A DNA stretch of 62,679 bases, the filler included, from Nemertoderma westbladi (lineage: Eukaryota; Animalia; Xenacoelomorpha): assembly GCA_032718475.1 (NCBI GenBank). It is 3 parts of 3 records of this genome, joined end to end, with 100 filler letters (N's around TTAATTAATTAA, not from the genome) between each part and the next. Parts side by side here need not be neighbours in the genome. Positions count along the whole stretch, not along the records: positions 1 to 16,846 come from JAUCBJ010006011.1; 2 more parts are not named here. The stretch is one strand, 5' to 3'. Under the pieces are notes generated by a model that worked only from the letters and a program-made list of their open reading frames with translations, did not search any database and was not told the DNA's origin. Each line of letters begins with the position of its first letter. Within the stretch, counting starts at the first letter, position 1. The translations under genes and the position numbers were made by a program. Positions 1-13,054 of the stretch are shown here, piece after piece.

Positions 1-1639
1 AGGTCTGTAATAATTACCATTCTGATACTATTAATATCATCAATGCCAATTATTCTTGCTTTTAATCTCTTCACCAAACCAGCAGCAAATCCATTCTGAT
101 TCCATAGCAATGCAAGTAGGCCATTCATCATGGAAGGCAGGTATTTTTTAGGATTAAGAGCTGTAATTTTATCAGCATGATTATAGCTGAATGGCCCTGT
201 ATGTAAATGGGATTTCTCACCAAACTGCATTGAACCAAGCCAAAGGTTTCCTGCAGAGGCTTTTAGATTAAGTTACTAATGAACCTAAGGGGTTACTTCT
301 TTCAAATCACCTCCATTGGTAGAATCCTATTTACCAACTCAACCGAACTATTCATTCCCGCTTGTACTGTACAATGTACTGTATGTTTAGTCTCCATTTA
401 ATATTAGTGTGTGCGGTGATAGGGAATTTAGATGGTACTCCTGTATCATGTTAGCCATATCTTTGTTGGTTGAGGAATATTTTTACCAAGTTGGGAAATC
501 TTGTTCAACGCGCTGCTGTTGAAGTTCAATATATTATGCAGATCTCGCAAGGAAGAACAACATTAATCCTTAATCAAGGATGTAAAGGATACATAAAAAT
601 ATGGTAAACCGTGAACCGCAAGATTGATCAACACAAACACACATTATACAGAATCAAAGACTGTGTGATTCCGAATGCCTCCTTGAATTAATTAATACAA
701 TGAAATTGGGTAAATATCCAACGTTATCTGCATGCAAGGTGAAAGACGACACTTGTATACACAAAGGGGAAGTGGCAAATTTGATCCGACCAGGATATAT
801 ATTTATTTATATATATATTTTATATTGTTTTATTTTATTTGTTGATATATATTTTATTTAAAAAAGGCACGTTTTCTCACTAATATTTTAAAAATTGAGT
901 TAATTAATCGAACTTTTTTTCATCAATTATTCAGAAAATTCGATAAAAAGTATTTATTTTAACTAGTTTTTCATCATACACCTCACACATTAAGAAAATG
1001 AAACTAAATAGTTTATACCGGGACCATTTCGGAATATCGACAGGTACAGACAGGCTGTAGACTACAATGTGTAAAAAGGAATTACCAGTACTTAGATAGA
1101 TGTCAATAAACCATTTGTACTGTTTGTAAACAGTAAGACAGTAGTACCGGTACCCTAGTACATATTACTGTACAATTATGTAATTACTGTACTGGTATTT
1201 GAATTAAGCTAGGGCCATCCAGCAGAATGGCACCGAGATGTACCGGACCTATGGTACAGTAGGCCAAAGGCCTAATACACTAATAGTAACATCCTTCTTG
1301 ACGATACGGAGGTGCTCAACAATTTTAATGAGAAGGCTCTGACGCTACTCAGACTCTGACGCTCAGAGTTTGAGCTCAGAGAGTAGCGTCAGGCTCTGAC
1401 GCTACTGAATCTTTTAAGCTCAAACTCTGCTATTTCTGCTTTAAATCTATTTTTCCTTTCCATTTCATGGATTCATTTGATACTGATATTTTCAGTGACA
1501 ATAACTATTCTTCTGACCAAGTGACGTACACCGATCAAACTAATCATAATCTAAATTACTCTTTAAACACTTCGGATTACTTTACTTCAGAAATATTTAA
1601 TTCTGACTTTTTAAACAAATTGTTAGAAGGGCTGTCTAT

Positions 1640-3700
1640 TTTTCATGTGAACTTCTGAGGCCTTGCACCAATTTTAATGGGCTTATATTATTTCTCTCCA
1701 CTCTTAATACACAGTTTGATGTTATAACAATTCCGGAAACTTTCTTGAAAATGATTCAAAAGTGAATGCATTAACTATCAATGGTTATCAAAATCCCATC
1801 GTTTGTAACAAAGAAAAGGGTACGACTCAGGGTGGTATTGCGGATTACGTACGGGATGGACTGAGTGCTAACCATAGGGCAAATATGACCTTAAAGGGTC
1901 TGGAAAATGTTTGGGTGGAGATAGATACCGGTGAAGAGAAACCTATTATTATTGGTGCTGTTTAACGTCAAGGCTTCTTCCCTCTTGATACTTTTCAATC
2001 CTTAATATAACGAAATTTCAAGCTACTGACTGGTAAACTCGAAAAATCCAGTAGTCTTATTTTGTGACTAGGGGCCGTCCAAGTATGACGTCTGCACTTT
2101 TCCCCAAAATGTTGACCCCCCCCCCCCCCCCCCTACATCAGATGCCATCAGATAGGCGTTGACCCCCCCCCCCCCTCCCCTAAATCAGATTAAAACAAAT
2201 TTCGCGTCCTAATCACTGAAACATGGTGACTGGTAACTGAAACAGAAGGTCGTGCTACGGGCCTTCGGGGGCTTCGAACAATTAAAATAGGGAAGCTATT
2301 TACTCTTCTGCTATATCTCTTCTAGCACCTATAAATGAACATGCTGACGTCAGATTTTGGCTGACCCCCTCCCCTCCCCTCATCAGCACGTCATCAGATT
2401 TTCCCAACCCCCCTCCCCCCCTAAAGTGGTGAAGTCATACTAGGACGGCCCCCTACAATGTTTATCTACTTAAAAATAATGAATACATATTGATTGAATT
2501 ACTTAAGTAATATGGGTATAGTCTGCTGATAAAGATAGAAGAAGATAAAGGAACATCTTTCCGAATTGTTCTCTACAAATCGCTTATCGTTAAACATCGA
2601 GAAAACTGTTTACTGTATGTACTCCTGTAATCCTCGTAACTTAGATTCATTACCAAAGGTGAAAATTAGGGATTCCGACTTAAATCATAGCAAAAACGTT
2701 AAATACTTAGGGCTTACAATTGATAATCTGCTAAATTGGAAGGCTTATAGCTTGTCCGTATTATCTAGTATATCTAAATAGGTTGGGTGGTTTTTTAGGA
2801 TACGTTACAAACTACCTCTTTTTATTTTGAAGATCATTTTTTACAGCTTGGTATACTCCAAGGTTACTTACGGTTTAGTGTTATGGGGTAGTACTTATGA
2901 TACTTACTAAAATCCGTATCAAAATAAATAAAATATTGCGTGCAATTACGTTCAGTAAATAGGATGACCATTCGCTGCCTTTATACCGTAAGCTAGACAC
3001 ATCTTACCAATACAGGCGTTATATAAACTACAAGTAGGTCAATTTATGTACGATGCATATCATGGAAATTTGCCAGAAGGGCTTAAAAACTTATTTAAAA
3101 GGTCAAACATTTCCCCACGTATTCAACTAGGAGCGTATCAAACTTGAATTTTTTCATCCCACGTTTCCAGACAGCCCACAGCCAGATGTCGATTCAATAC
3201 ACGGGACCTCATATATGGAACTGTATTGATTTTTCAATAAAGAATCAGCCAACCATACACAAGTTTTCAACCTGTTTCAAAAGGAACTTACTCAGAAACT
3301 TTGATAATGAATAAAGATTTACGGTTTGCTCGGAAGTTACACATCCTTTTAATTAGACACAAATATATTGATTAGTAAAGTCATTGTACAGTATCTTGTT
3401 TTTCACGTTTCTCGATTAATATAAAAAGACAAAAACTCTACTCACTAAAAACTTTTCGGCGCCTCGGCCTCACTCATATTCTTATCCTTGTCACATACTC
3501 ACATAATCACTACTAACACGTAACACGCTAGAGGCAACAACCTTCTAGCTCCGGCTTCTGTGTTGCCTTCATTTCCTCGTTCTATCACCCATCACACACA
3601 CTGGCCACGTCTATAATTATAATAATATTGTTTGTAGTGCAATGAAATTTATCTGGTGGTGGGTGAAACACTTGGAAATTAAAATGATTGATTGATTGAT
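1640..3700 (+). mobile_element. Decayed, internally deleted CR1/L2-group (Crack-like) LINE
   Basis: Endonuclease-like fragments (GGIADYVRDGL...ENVWVEI...IIIGAV, 1762-1965). RT C-terminal fragment (NRLSLNIEKT...VKYLGLTIDNLLNWK, 2566-2781) with broken coding continuing to ~3310. 3' end attaaaa followed by a (TGAT)n tail at ~3678-3700. The RT core is missing and there are many stops. Confidence 0.75.
2071..2452. mobile_element. PIF/Harbinger-type MITE inserted in the LINE
   Basis: TIRs ggggccgtccaagtatgac / gtcatactaggacggcccc. 3-bp duplication CTA at 2068-2070 and 2453-2455. Internal poly-C tracts. Confidence 0.75.
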
Positions 3701-3726
3701 CTACGTTTTTTCCGGAGATATGGGTC

Positions 3727-3897
3727 CTACGAATTACCCAAAATTCACCAAAATACCTACCCCAATAACAGTTCAAAAATACCTTATTAACTGTAAGTTG
3801 GTAAGGGAACGACGGATCTGGTTACAGTTTTTAGGTATTTTTGAATAATTTTGGGTCATTTGGTATCTTTTGGGGGTGTTTCTTGGTAATTCGTAGG
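3727..3897. repeat. Imperfect ~170-bp palindrome, probably a MITE remnant
   Basis: Outer arms cctacgaattacc / ggtaattcgtagg. Inner arms aaaaatacc..aactgtaa / ttacagtt..ggtattttt. Confidence 0.45.
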
Positions 3898-6456
3898 AAA
3901 TTCTAAGAAGCCTAAGAAATCCAAGGACACTGTGAGAACACTGGTGATACTTTTTTCAAATAAAACAATATATTCGATATAAAAACATAACGGAAAACAC
4001 TATTTTCCACTCATTTTCTTTAGCAAAATTCAGATATTCTGCCCTCGTGTGTTGAGTTTTCCACTCGTTGGCATTTTAACACTTTCTTCGCTCGTGCTAA
4101 AACCCTGCCAGCCAACTCGGACAGAATAGTTGAATTTCGCTAACTTTTTATCTAATAATAGTCCTTACTTATTTTTTTAATCAATGAGTGCTAAGATATC
4201 TGTGTAAGAGATTTTGCTTGTGCATTTCCATCCACCTGAACCCAACAAGAGGATCCCTTAGGGTTGCCTCGGGTGTTTCGAGGTACATCTTCAATAATTG
4301 CGAAAATAACCCTTTTGAAAAACACAAGCTAACATTATAAAACACTACTGTAGCTACCTTAAACTCGTAAGTCAGATGACAAATTTCAAGTCAATTATAT
4401 TATATTTCTTTATTACAACAAAGCGTTGTGTGTTAAAATTAAATTAAAATTAATTATTAAAAGTCATTAAATTCAAGAATCAAATTTCAAGAATAAAAAC
4501 AATAAGAAACACTTTTGATTAAGTACAATTTGAAATTGGGGTAGGCCTACTCATATCGTACAATTGTCTATAGCACGGAATGAGTTACATGGTTTATAAA
4601 TAACCGGCAAAAGTTTGTAACAGAATACTTTTATAATAATTAATGTCCAAAGATAGGAGCATAGCATTGGTGTTCAACCATGCACAATAATTTAGTGAAG
4701 GTTGTGGGTGGTAGTATATCTGGTTGTGCTTAAACAGGAATTGTTTTAATCAAGAACTTTAATGAGTTTCCTAGCATTTGCTGTTGAGATGTAACATCTG
4801 ATACGGCGTGTGTTGCGAATATGGCAATTCATCAATGATGTTGTTGCCTATTATTTGTTCATTCAGTTCGTAATCAGGAGTAACACCTAGAGTGTACAAT
4901 AGGAATCTCAACCAATAATGCAGATGCACCACGCGGATGTATCATGAGTCAAAATTATAAAATAGATAACATAGGATAGTAGGAGAGTAGCTTAACATCT
5001 GTGTCTCTAGGGCCGGTAAAAAAATCTCTGACCTAATTTGGGGACATATCAAAATAATAGCTAGCATCGAAATATTTGAGGGTATAAAATATCATTGCAA
5101 GAAAATTGACTTAGTACCAAAGCAATAAATCAAAATGTACTAATAAGTCCATCTGGTAGACAAGTGTTTTTTTCAGTAGCGGTCTGGTCAACAAAGCAGC
5201 AAGAAGATGTAGGCCTACCAGAAGCTGTAGTCTTCCATACATACTGGAGGTCCAGTGAGGATAGTTGGGTAGTACATGGACTGTTCTATGTGTGTACAGA
5301 ACAATACCAGAGTATCATATATACCATTACGTAGTTCAGCATTACTGAGTCAAGAGACAAGGTGACTCAAAACTACCTAGTCATGCATTCATTCATTGAT
5401 TACCATTACAGTAGTGTAGGTTATGTATATTAATTAATAAGATAACTACTACTTTATGTAGCAGAATATTTGTATTATTGCTGAAGTATTCTGCATTTTT
5501 ACTTAATTTATTGTAATTAATGTATTATGCGTAAGCACTATTGTGTTGTGTATACAGCAGTGATATGGTAAACCATTGGAAACCCGGGTGGAGTTGTCAA
5601 ACTGCTCAACTGCCTCTGTTTTTCACTTGTGAAAGAGAGCAATGGATTTATGGACTACCTTGAAATTGTGACTAGGTGATGAGACGGTTTACCATATAAA
5701 TATTCATTGATCCAGATAACTTGGCACCTCCATGCAGTATAAAGGAGGAGCTTCCAGTGGCTGCATAGACCCTCTTACTAAGGGCACAATCTGGTCCTGT
5801 AACTCAGCTCCCCTTCATTCTGGGAAGAGTGCTATCATCTCCAATTTGAGTGCACTCCACTGTACCAGACGGCAGGGGTATAGAGCATGGCCTATTAGCA
5901 GATTATCAGCAGATTAGCTACATAGCCAATGGTCGGTCATGTGCTTCAGAGTAGGTATGGGTGATGGGCTCCATATCTGACGCAACTGCGACACCCTCCC
6001 TATGGAATGGCAAACCAGGTGTGGTATTTGCCCCGAGAGCTGACTCAGCAAAAAAGCACCCCAAACCCGTACTATAGCCAGCAATTCTGTTAGTCCCTTT
6101 CCCAAAGCTTTCTGGCCCAAACCCAGGGTTACCAGGAAGGCCAGATATCGAGGGGTGAATGAATCTGTAGTTGGTGGCTACTCTAATGTTTCACCCCGAC
6201 CAACCAAGCCATTGGTGAATCTGAGGTGAGTCACTAGACTAGCCTCAGTTAATACCAGGAACACTGCTCCCATTCAAAACCGCCAGATCATCAGATGGTT
6301 GGAGTTACAGGAAGTTTTTCTCTACTGTGCAATGTAATGTTGTATCTATATATGTATGTATATATATGCATATCATCTGGCTCCCTCACCATTTTCCATC
6401 AACGACATAATGTGATATTATCACTGAAACACCCCACTGTTGGTGGAGACAGCTAT

Positions 6457-7805
6457 CACTACTACTAGTATCGGCATGCTGCATTGCAGCTGCATTTTTA
6501 AGAATGCTGTGCCGGCTTGTCGACAAAATTGCGCCGCCACAACTCCCTATCACCCATGACATTTGCTAGATCATCCGCATCTTCAAGACCAGTGTCCTTT
6601 AAGATGCGTCTCAAGAAAGTCATGGGCTGTCTACCATGCTTATTCACTCCATGAGGCTGCCAAAGAACAAGATTATGCACTGGCTGGTCCTCACGGCGAA
6701 AGCAATGTCCTGCAAAGCGGAGGCGATTTTGTTCTAGTGTCAAGCTTGGGGGAACCAATGAGACACCTCCAATGTTATATAGTGTCTGGTTGGAGATGTG
6801 TGCATTGTACTTGACACAATGAACCCGGCGTAGCATTCTTGGGAATGTGGCATCCAGAGATTTGGTGTCCTCAGCAGTTAGAGCCCAGCTTAGACTCCCA
6901 TAGAGGAGTACTGGAACTACTGCTGCTCTAAATAATCGGACCTTAAGTTTCCGACTAATTCTCGGTGACTTCCAAATCCTGGAAAGCCTATTCAAGGCTG
7001 CCCATGCCTTTCCCTTACGTATTCGAAGGGCCTCACCTGACTTCCGGATCCATGATCCCAGACAACAGAAGTCGTCCATATGCTCAAGCATACCATCTTT
7101 TGAGCTTATGCTCATCCGATCAGAGACTTGCTGAGAACTTTCAAAGTTAACTGTCAAAATTTTGGTCTTTCTGGAGTTAATAAAAAGACCAACACTAGAA
7201 GCAGCATGTTCTAATGATTCTGAGAGTACTCCTAAATCATCAGCAAAGTCTAGATCAGTTAGGTACTTGGCAGGATTTCCTCGACTTCTGGAGCCATTAG
7301 GTGGAGTTATCATCACCCCATCATCATTATGATGATCTAAGGACATGCGTAGAACATAGTCAACCACAATTATGAACAAGAATGGTGCAAGTGTGTCTCC
7401 CTGGAGGACGCCCCATAACACTTCAAATGGTTCTGTGTCACCATCAACAGTAGACACAAATGTTGTCGAACCATCGTATATTGATCTGATTGCTGCAATA
7501 ATTTCATCAGGAATCCCATATAATGAAAGTATGCTGAACATATGTGAGCGGGAGACTGAATCAAAGGCCTTGAAGAAGTCAACAAAGATAACAGCCAGAT
7601 GCCTGTCTTTCTTTTTTGAAAACTCTTCAATTATCCTTATAAGTGCCAAAATGGGTTCCATGGTCCCACGACCTTTACGGAACCCATTCTGATTTCCACA
7701 GAGCAGTCTCTCAATGGGATCCCTGATGCGATTTAATATAATTCTATTGTTATCTATACTACAGCTATCAGAAAAAGATGATCGAAGTTGCCTTTGCCCT
7801 TCCAA
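6457..7805 (-). mobile_element. 5'-truncated RTE-clade LINE with an open 435-aa reverse transcriptase fragment
   Basis: Motifs QNGFR, FVDFFKAFDSV, GVLQGDTLAPFLFIIVVDYVLR, DLDFADD and RLRFAGHCFR. Short (TAG)n tail downstream of the stop at ~6457-6470. Confidence 0.92.
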
Positions 7806-8371
7806 TCCAGGTACATTGTCACATCGTGGTATGGTCGATGGTTGGTTGTCACACTCATTCTAATCTAAGGTTAACTCGGATGAAACAACTATACTCACCA
7901 CAGCTGTTCTGTGCCCTTTGGGGTGTTGAAGATTCATAGTGGCTCCTCTGTAATTATATAGATTTAAACAAGATTGGATTTAAGAATAATTTCTTATTTA
8001 TTTAATAGCCAAATACTGGTATAGCATTTATATATATACCATTCCTACTTATTTCCATTGTTTACCAGATTGACTCCTAAAGCCAGTCAAATATCTCGAA
8101 AGCCACGGGGCACCAAATCAAAATTTTGATTTTTTTGGGCTATTTGGGCCAGGAGTAAATGATAATTATGATAGGCATTGTTTGGCATCCATTTTTAAAA
8201 TGTGGTAGATAAAGCGTTAATAATGAGGTTACAGCATATTATATACTCACAACTAATATCCATACTAGCAGCCTTTCCAATCCTGAGGCTCGGATTGGCC
8301 CAGCGTTTGCGTCAGCTGATTAACGTCCAGCTACTAAATCTGGCTTTCTCTGTAGTTATATGGATACACGT

Positions 8372-8989
8372 TCGTGGGGACTTCGCGCAGCACGTAGTCG
8401 GCAAGCCTTGGCATACGGTTCATATAGAGCAAATGGGGCATGTCTAGTTTGGACCCAATATCCCATGCTATAAATGTATTCATTCGATATACAATCATAT
8501 GTTAATCCGCTAGGTGGTGTCAAATTGTTATTCTGCAATTTCGTACTTACCAGTGCAACACTGTACAGCAGTACCGTACCGGTAGGCCTATGTCATTACT
8601 TCTGAGTCTCTAGCGGATCCCCAATTAAATGTCTTAACTTTTCAATTTCGTAAAAGATAGACTTCATGATTCTCTACAGGCCACCAAAATTTCAGCTCAG
8701 GAAAATGAGGCCTTCCCGAGAAATTTAACATTTTCTAAAAACCACATAATCTGTCGTAGCTGACGTCAGACTGCATGATTTTTCACCAAACTTTACAAAC
8801 TTTCTAAACTTTCTCTCTACTACTTACCTACTAAGTTTGGTTCAATTCCGAACGAGCGATGCCGAGAAATTCGCGTTCAAACATTTACCAGACGGACGGA
8901 CGGACAGACAGACAGACAGACGGACATGCCCCATTTGCCCTATATGAACCGTATGCAAAGGCTCGCCGACTACGTGTCTCGCCCCACAC
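8372..8989. mobile_element. Non-autonomous inverted-repeat element with (GACR)n microsatellite (DINE/HINE-like architecture)
   Basis: ~55-bp inverted repeat cacgtagtcggcaagccttggcatacggttcatatagagcaaatggggcatgtc (8391-8444) against its complement at 8923-8976. gacggacgg/acagacaga tract at 8890-8925. No clear TSD. Confidence 0.6.
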
Positions 8990-9296
8990 ATATTGTTATA
9001 CATTATTACCTACACTATACTGCACCCCATGGGGTTTAATAGTGAGATTGTTCCCCTTACTTGTGTTGTGTAATATATTTAGTGCCAACTAAATCTATCA
9101 TTGTAGTTTTGGGTTGCCAATCTGGGTTGGCTTCCCTTCCATTGGCTGCTTTGTTTATTGCTTAAACTCTCCAGTAGCTTGGTAACTACGGTAACAATTT
9201 TCTTCATTACCATCATTATTCTTCATTTCTACATTGTATCATTTGACAGATATATATTAGACTTTTTATATTAAACTACAACCTTTTGTTTTGTAG

Positions 9297-9444
9297 AGTT
9301 TTGTCATGTAACCGGGTGAGAATCCACAGGAACCTATTCATAGCATATTTCATTTGGCTTATTGGCGCTATAGTTACCAACACAGATGTGAAAATTCACA
9401 ATTCCCTGTCACAAGATCAGCAACGGAATACAATATTTCGTACG
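9297..9444 (+). CDS. PDFR: Class B (secretin-family) GPCR, PDF-receptor-like: ICL1-TM2-ECL1 exon
   Basis: tttgtag acceptor and gtaagt donor. Encodes (R)VLSCNRVRIHRNLFIAYFIWLIGAIVTNTD..., which matches the class B R-x-x-I-H-x-N-L-F motif. Ends in phase 0, compatible with the next exon. Confidence 0.85.
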
Positions 9445-11443
9445 GTAAGTATTATGCTATGTCTCAAACATGGTAAAAAATTCAGATAGGGGGAATATAA
9501 TCAAAATTCATTTGTCTCTCTTAGTGCTTTGTTGTCCGGATCATTAATTATCCGCTAATAAGGAGTCCGAAACGGCTAGGGCCGTAAGGGTCAAAGAGTG
9601 TCTATGTATGTAGCCTGACTATGAATATATAGGGGTGCACTAAAATAAGGGCTTGCAGTGTGCCAAGTTGGGGAAACAGTCGATTATTCCTAAATGTTTA
9701 AGGCATTGGCCAGGGAAATCACTGTTACATCTGTTACATCACTGTTAAGTTAAATCACTGGTAATACAACAATTGTTTCCCACTACCGCATTAATTAATT
9801 TTACATAGAGCCTGGGAGGTAGCAAATATTAATTATTTAATGAAAATTCATAAGATAAATATGGAAGGAAATACTCAACAGTGGAAAATTAATGTTCTGC
9901 CATAATAGTGCTTTGATTTTACCTACAATTTGTCGTGATTAGCTTTAGCTTAAGATCCTACACAACACATGCCTTGACTTGCACTTGCCTGGTGGATTAT
10001 ACATCTTTGCAGCATTCTCTTGTAATTTAGTCAATGCATTATCATTGAATCTGTTAGCAACTTCCAGGTCAGAGTCATGTCTTTGTAAGATAACATTTTT
10101 TGTCTATGAAGAACGTTTTTCATAACTTGAAAAGTGTTTAAGGTCCCCAGAGTTATTTTTAATAAGCCCACTATAATATTGTTCCTTGGTATTGAGATTG
10201 AAATTACCATTTTAATGATCATGATCATAATGGATCGTATTGCAAATAAGAAAACGAAATTGTAAGTTCTTCTAGAATCGATTACAAACAAGGTATATAT
10301 TGACCAGATATTGACCCTTACAGATCTTGAAAAGAGGAAGATTAATCCCCATTCTTGTACTGGTTTTAGTATCATCTCTGAAAAATACCTATTACCTTTG
10401 TGGTGACTCTCATCACTCATTGCATCACATACAATGTCGTCCACGAGATGACAAATATGCCTAACCAGTTCCACTTCCTTGTTTTTATTCATTCATTATA
10501 TATATTACATAACATATATTCGGTTATTTATACATCATTGATGTTTTTGTCAATACCACACCTCCATCTTCCACCACTGCATCCCGAAGTTAGATGGCAT
10601 CACTTTATTAAGCAATAAGAAATACAAACACGTCTCAAAAAAGTACAAATACAAGTTATATGGTTGTAGCATATGTAAGTTAAGTATTTATCTCTTGTGC
10701 AATTTATAGTAATCCCTCCACTGAATCCATTCAAACTTCCAGGCACAGTAATTACCTTTAGCATAGGGTCAATTTCCCTACTATCAAGCACCCCTGTTGA
10801 CTTCAAAGGATCTGATTGGGTATCCTAGGCAACCAGTTTGTTATTAACTAAAGGTAATTAATATTTCGGCTTTTGGTATGGATTATGTTTTGGTGGGAAC
10901 TTGTCCCCGGACACCGTTGCATTATTCCAACCCAATTAATTTATTTAGTTGGTGGGATCCCGTTTGCTGAATCGAAACTCCGTGGGCGATATCCACCCTG
11001 ACCTCTCCACCTGCCATAACAATGTTGTTTCTTAAGGGAGCAAGTGTTCAAGAAAATGTGGTAATTTCATGCCCATCAGTAAACTAATTACTGAAACTAC
11101 AACAACTGTACCTGTTACAGCTAACTGCTTCCAGTCTCTGACCTGCTGGTATTAAATTATCATCATTCCGAATCATGTATAATGCACCCACAATCATGGA
11201 TAAAACGATTTACATGAGAATGGTAATTAGTTTATTGGCTCTAACTAAAATAAATAGGCTCAATTTTCCAATTATTTCACCAACCAAAATTATATGATGT
11301 AATGGATTTTTAAAATAATCGTAATTGTGCTTAAAATTTTTTTGAAAGCCAACTAATTGTTCGATTAACCAAATTCTAACGTTCTCTTCATCATAATTTA
11401 TTAAAACTACAGTAATAATTAATAAAAATAATTGTTTTTTTAG

Positions 11444-11594
11444 AAATACCTTTGTGAAGGAATCAAAGTTCTCATCGAGTATTGCCGATTAACTGTGTTC
11501 ACATGGATGTTTCTCGAAGGATTGTATTTACATACAGTGTTGATATCGATACAATGGAGACCAAACTTTGTGCTATATCATGTAATTGGATGGT
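11444..11594 (+). CDS. PDFR: PDF-receptor-like GPCR: TM3-ICL2-TM4 exon (absent from the ORF track)
   Basis: ttttttag acceptor and gtaagt donor. Translates KYLCEGIKVLIEYCRLTVFTWMFLEGLYLHTVLISIQWRPNFVLYHVIGW, with class B signatures WMxxEGLYLH and IGW. Starts in phase 0 and ends in phase 1. Confidence 0.92.
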
Positions 11595-12229
11595 GTAAGT
11601 CATGAAATATAGAAAAATATTGGAATAGAATTTGTTTTTTTTTTGGGAAAATTTGCACTGCACATCATGTTACTTAATTATCTGCAGATTCAAGTGTGTA
11701 ATAGACTCATGATTTGCACCTTTGAATAAGGTCATGAATATATTAGTTCATATTGACATTTGTGATAAATTTAAGCCAGTAGTGGATTCTCTGTTCATGG
11801 ACCGATTTATGGGTATAATCGACAAATCATGAAGACTTTGCTCCCCAATCCATGAGGTTGTTCTCATTTTGCTTTAAAAAGTTTGACAAAAACAAGGGAC
11901 TCATTTCAATTTCTTTCCCCCGATTTGAAACTGAATAAATTAGTTAATATGGAGATAATAGATAGGTACTACTATGTTTACAAGATTCTCTATGTATCTT
12001 CTCTATGCATCTTCTCCATGCATCTTCACTGTAAATCATGTGTCCTCCACAGTACTCAAAGACATCACCATATGTAATATCACATTTTCTGAAGTAGAAC
12101 CTACTGTACAGACTCTATTAAGCAAATAAAGCCTGTGGTATCGATAGTGTACCCCCATGATGTAATCAACATCCATGAATACTTACTCCTAATCGATCAC
12201 ATTCTCCAAGACATATACTGCGCAATGAT

Positions 12230-13050
12230 TGAACCTTATCGAGTTGCAGCTAATCTATTCAACAGAATAATGATGAACCTCATCATAAGGTATCCTGTTT
12301 AAAGGCGCATGCCTTATCTGAAACAAAATGGGTCCACAACATTTGTCTCTACAACGATGGAGATACAGACTCATTTGAAATGTCGAATGGACTTCTTCAG
12401 GGTGACACTCTGGTGCTTTTCATCTTCATTATGTATTGTGGTGGACTATGTACTACAAATGTCTCTCGACAAACATTATATAGATGGGGTACGAATACAA
12501 CCAGCCAGTATTAGTAGAATAAGAGGAAAATCACCAATACAATTGACTTAGCTTGACTTTGCTGATGATCTTGTTTTAATGTCAGAAACATTGGATTGTG
12601 CTCAAGGGACTACTCAGCACTAGTCTAGAACAAGTAGCATCCAATGTTGGTCCATTTGTAGATGCCATAAAGACCTATTGTTAACTTCGATTCTCCCTAG
12701 CAGGTCATCATTGCCTTTAGTCATAGCTCCTAGTTGGTTACCAAGAGGTTCTGCTACCTAGAGTCTTGTATTCGAAGATGTGCTGAATACCTCCGAATAT
12801 GGAAAGGCTACAAGTCATGGTTTACATTAAATAAACTATCAAGGGTATGAAAATCACACAGAATCATCTTATCTTAAGTTAAATTTATTCTGGACAGTAG
12901 AAGAAACTGTGCTGCCATTTGGCAGACCCTACTATGCACTTCCGATTGCCTGATTGTACTGTACATGTACTTACATACAGCAGGATGATGCGCATGGTTA
13001 ATGGCATGTAATATATAATTCTCATTTATCTAATGAATCATTCTATGATA
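12230..13050 (+). mobile_element. Heavily decayed RTE LINE fragment related to the 6457-7805 copy
   Basis: Broken frames give GSTTFVST, IVVDYVLQMSLD and LDFADDLVLMS, paralleling the 435-aa RT. Confidence 0.75.
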
Positions 13051-13054
13051 TTTA

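Noticed and set aside
8202-8447. Hydrophobic ORF considered as the missing TM1 exon of the GPCR
   Set aside because: It lacks a G-x-S-x-S-L TM1 motif and a suitable phase-2 donor, and it overlaps repeat sequence.
10031-10492. 153-aa hydrophobic minus-strand ORF
   Set aside because: No recognisable motif. The composition reflects AT-rich DNA, and a different, broken frame looks more protein-like.
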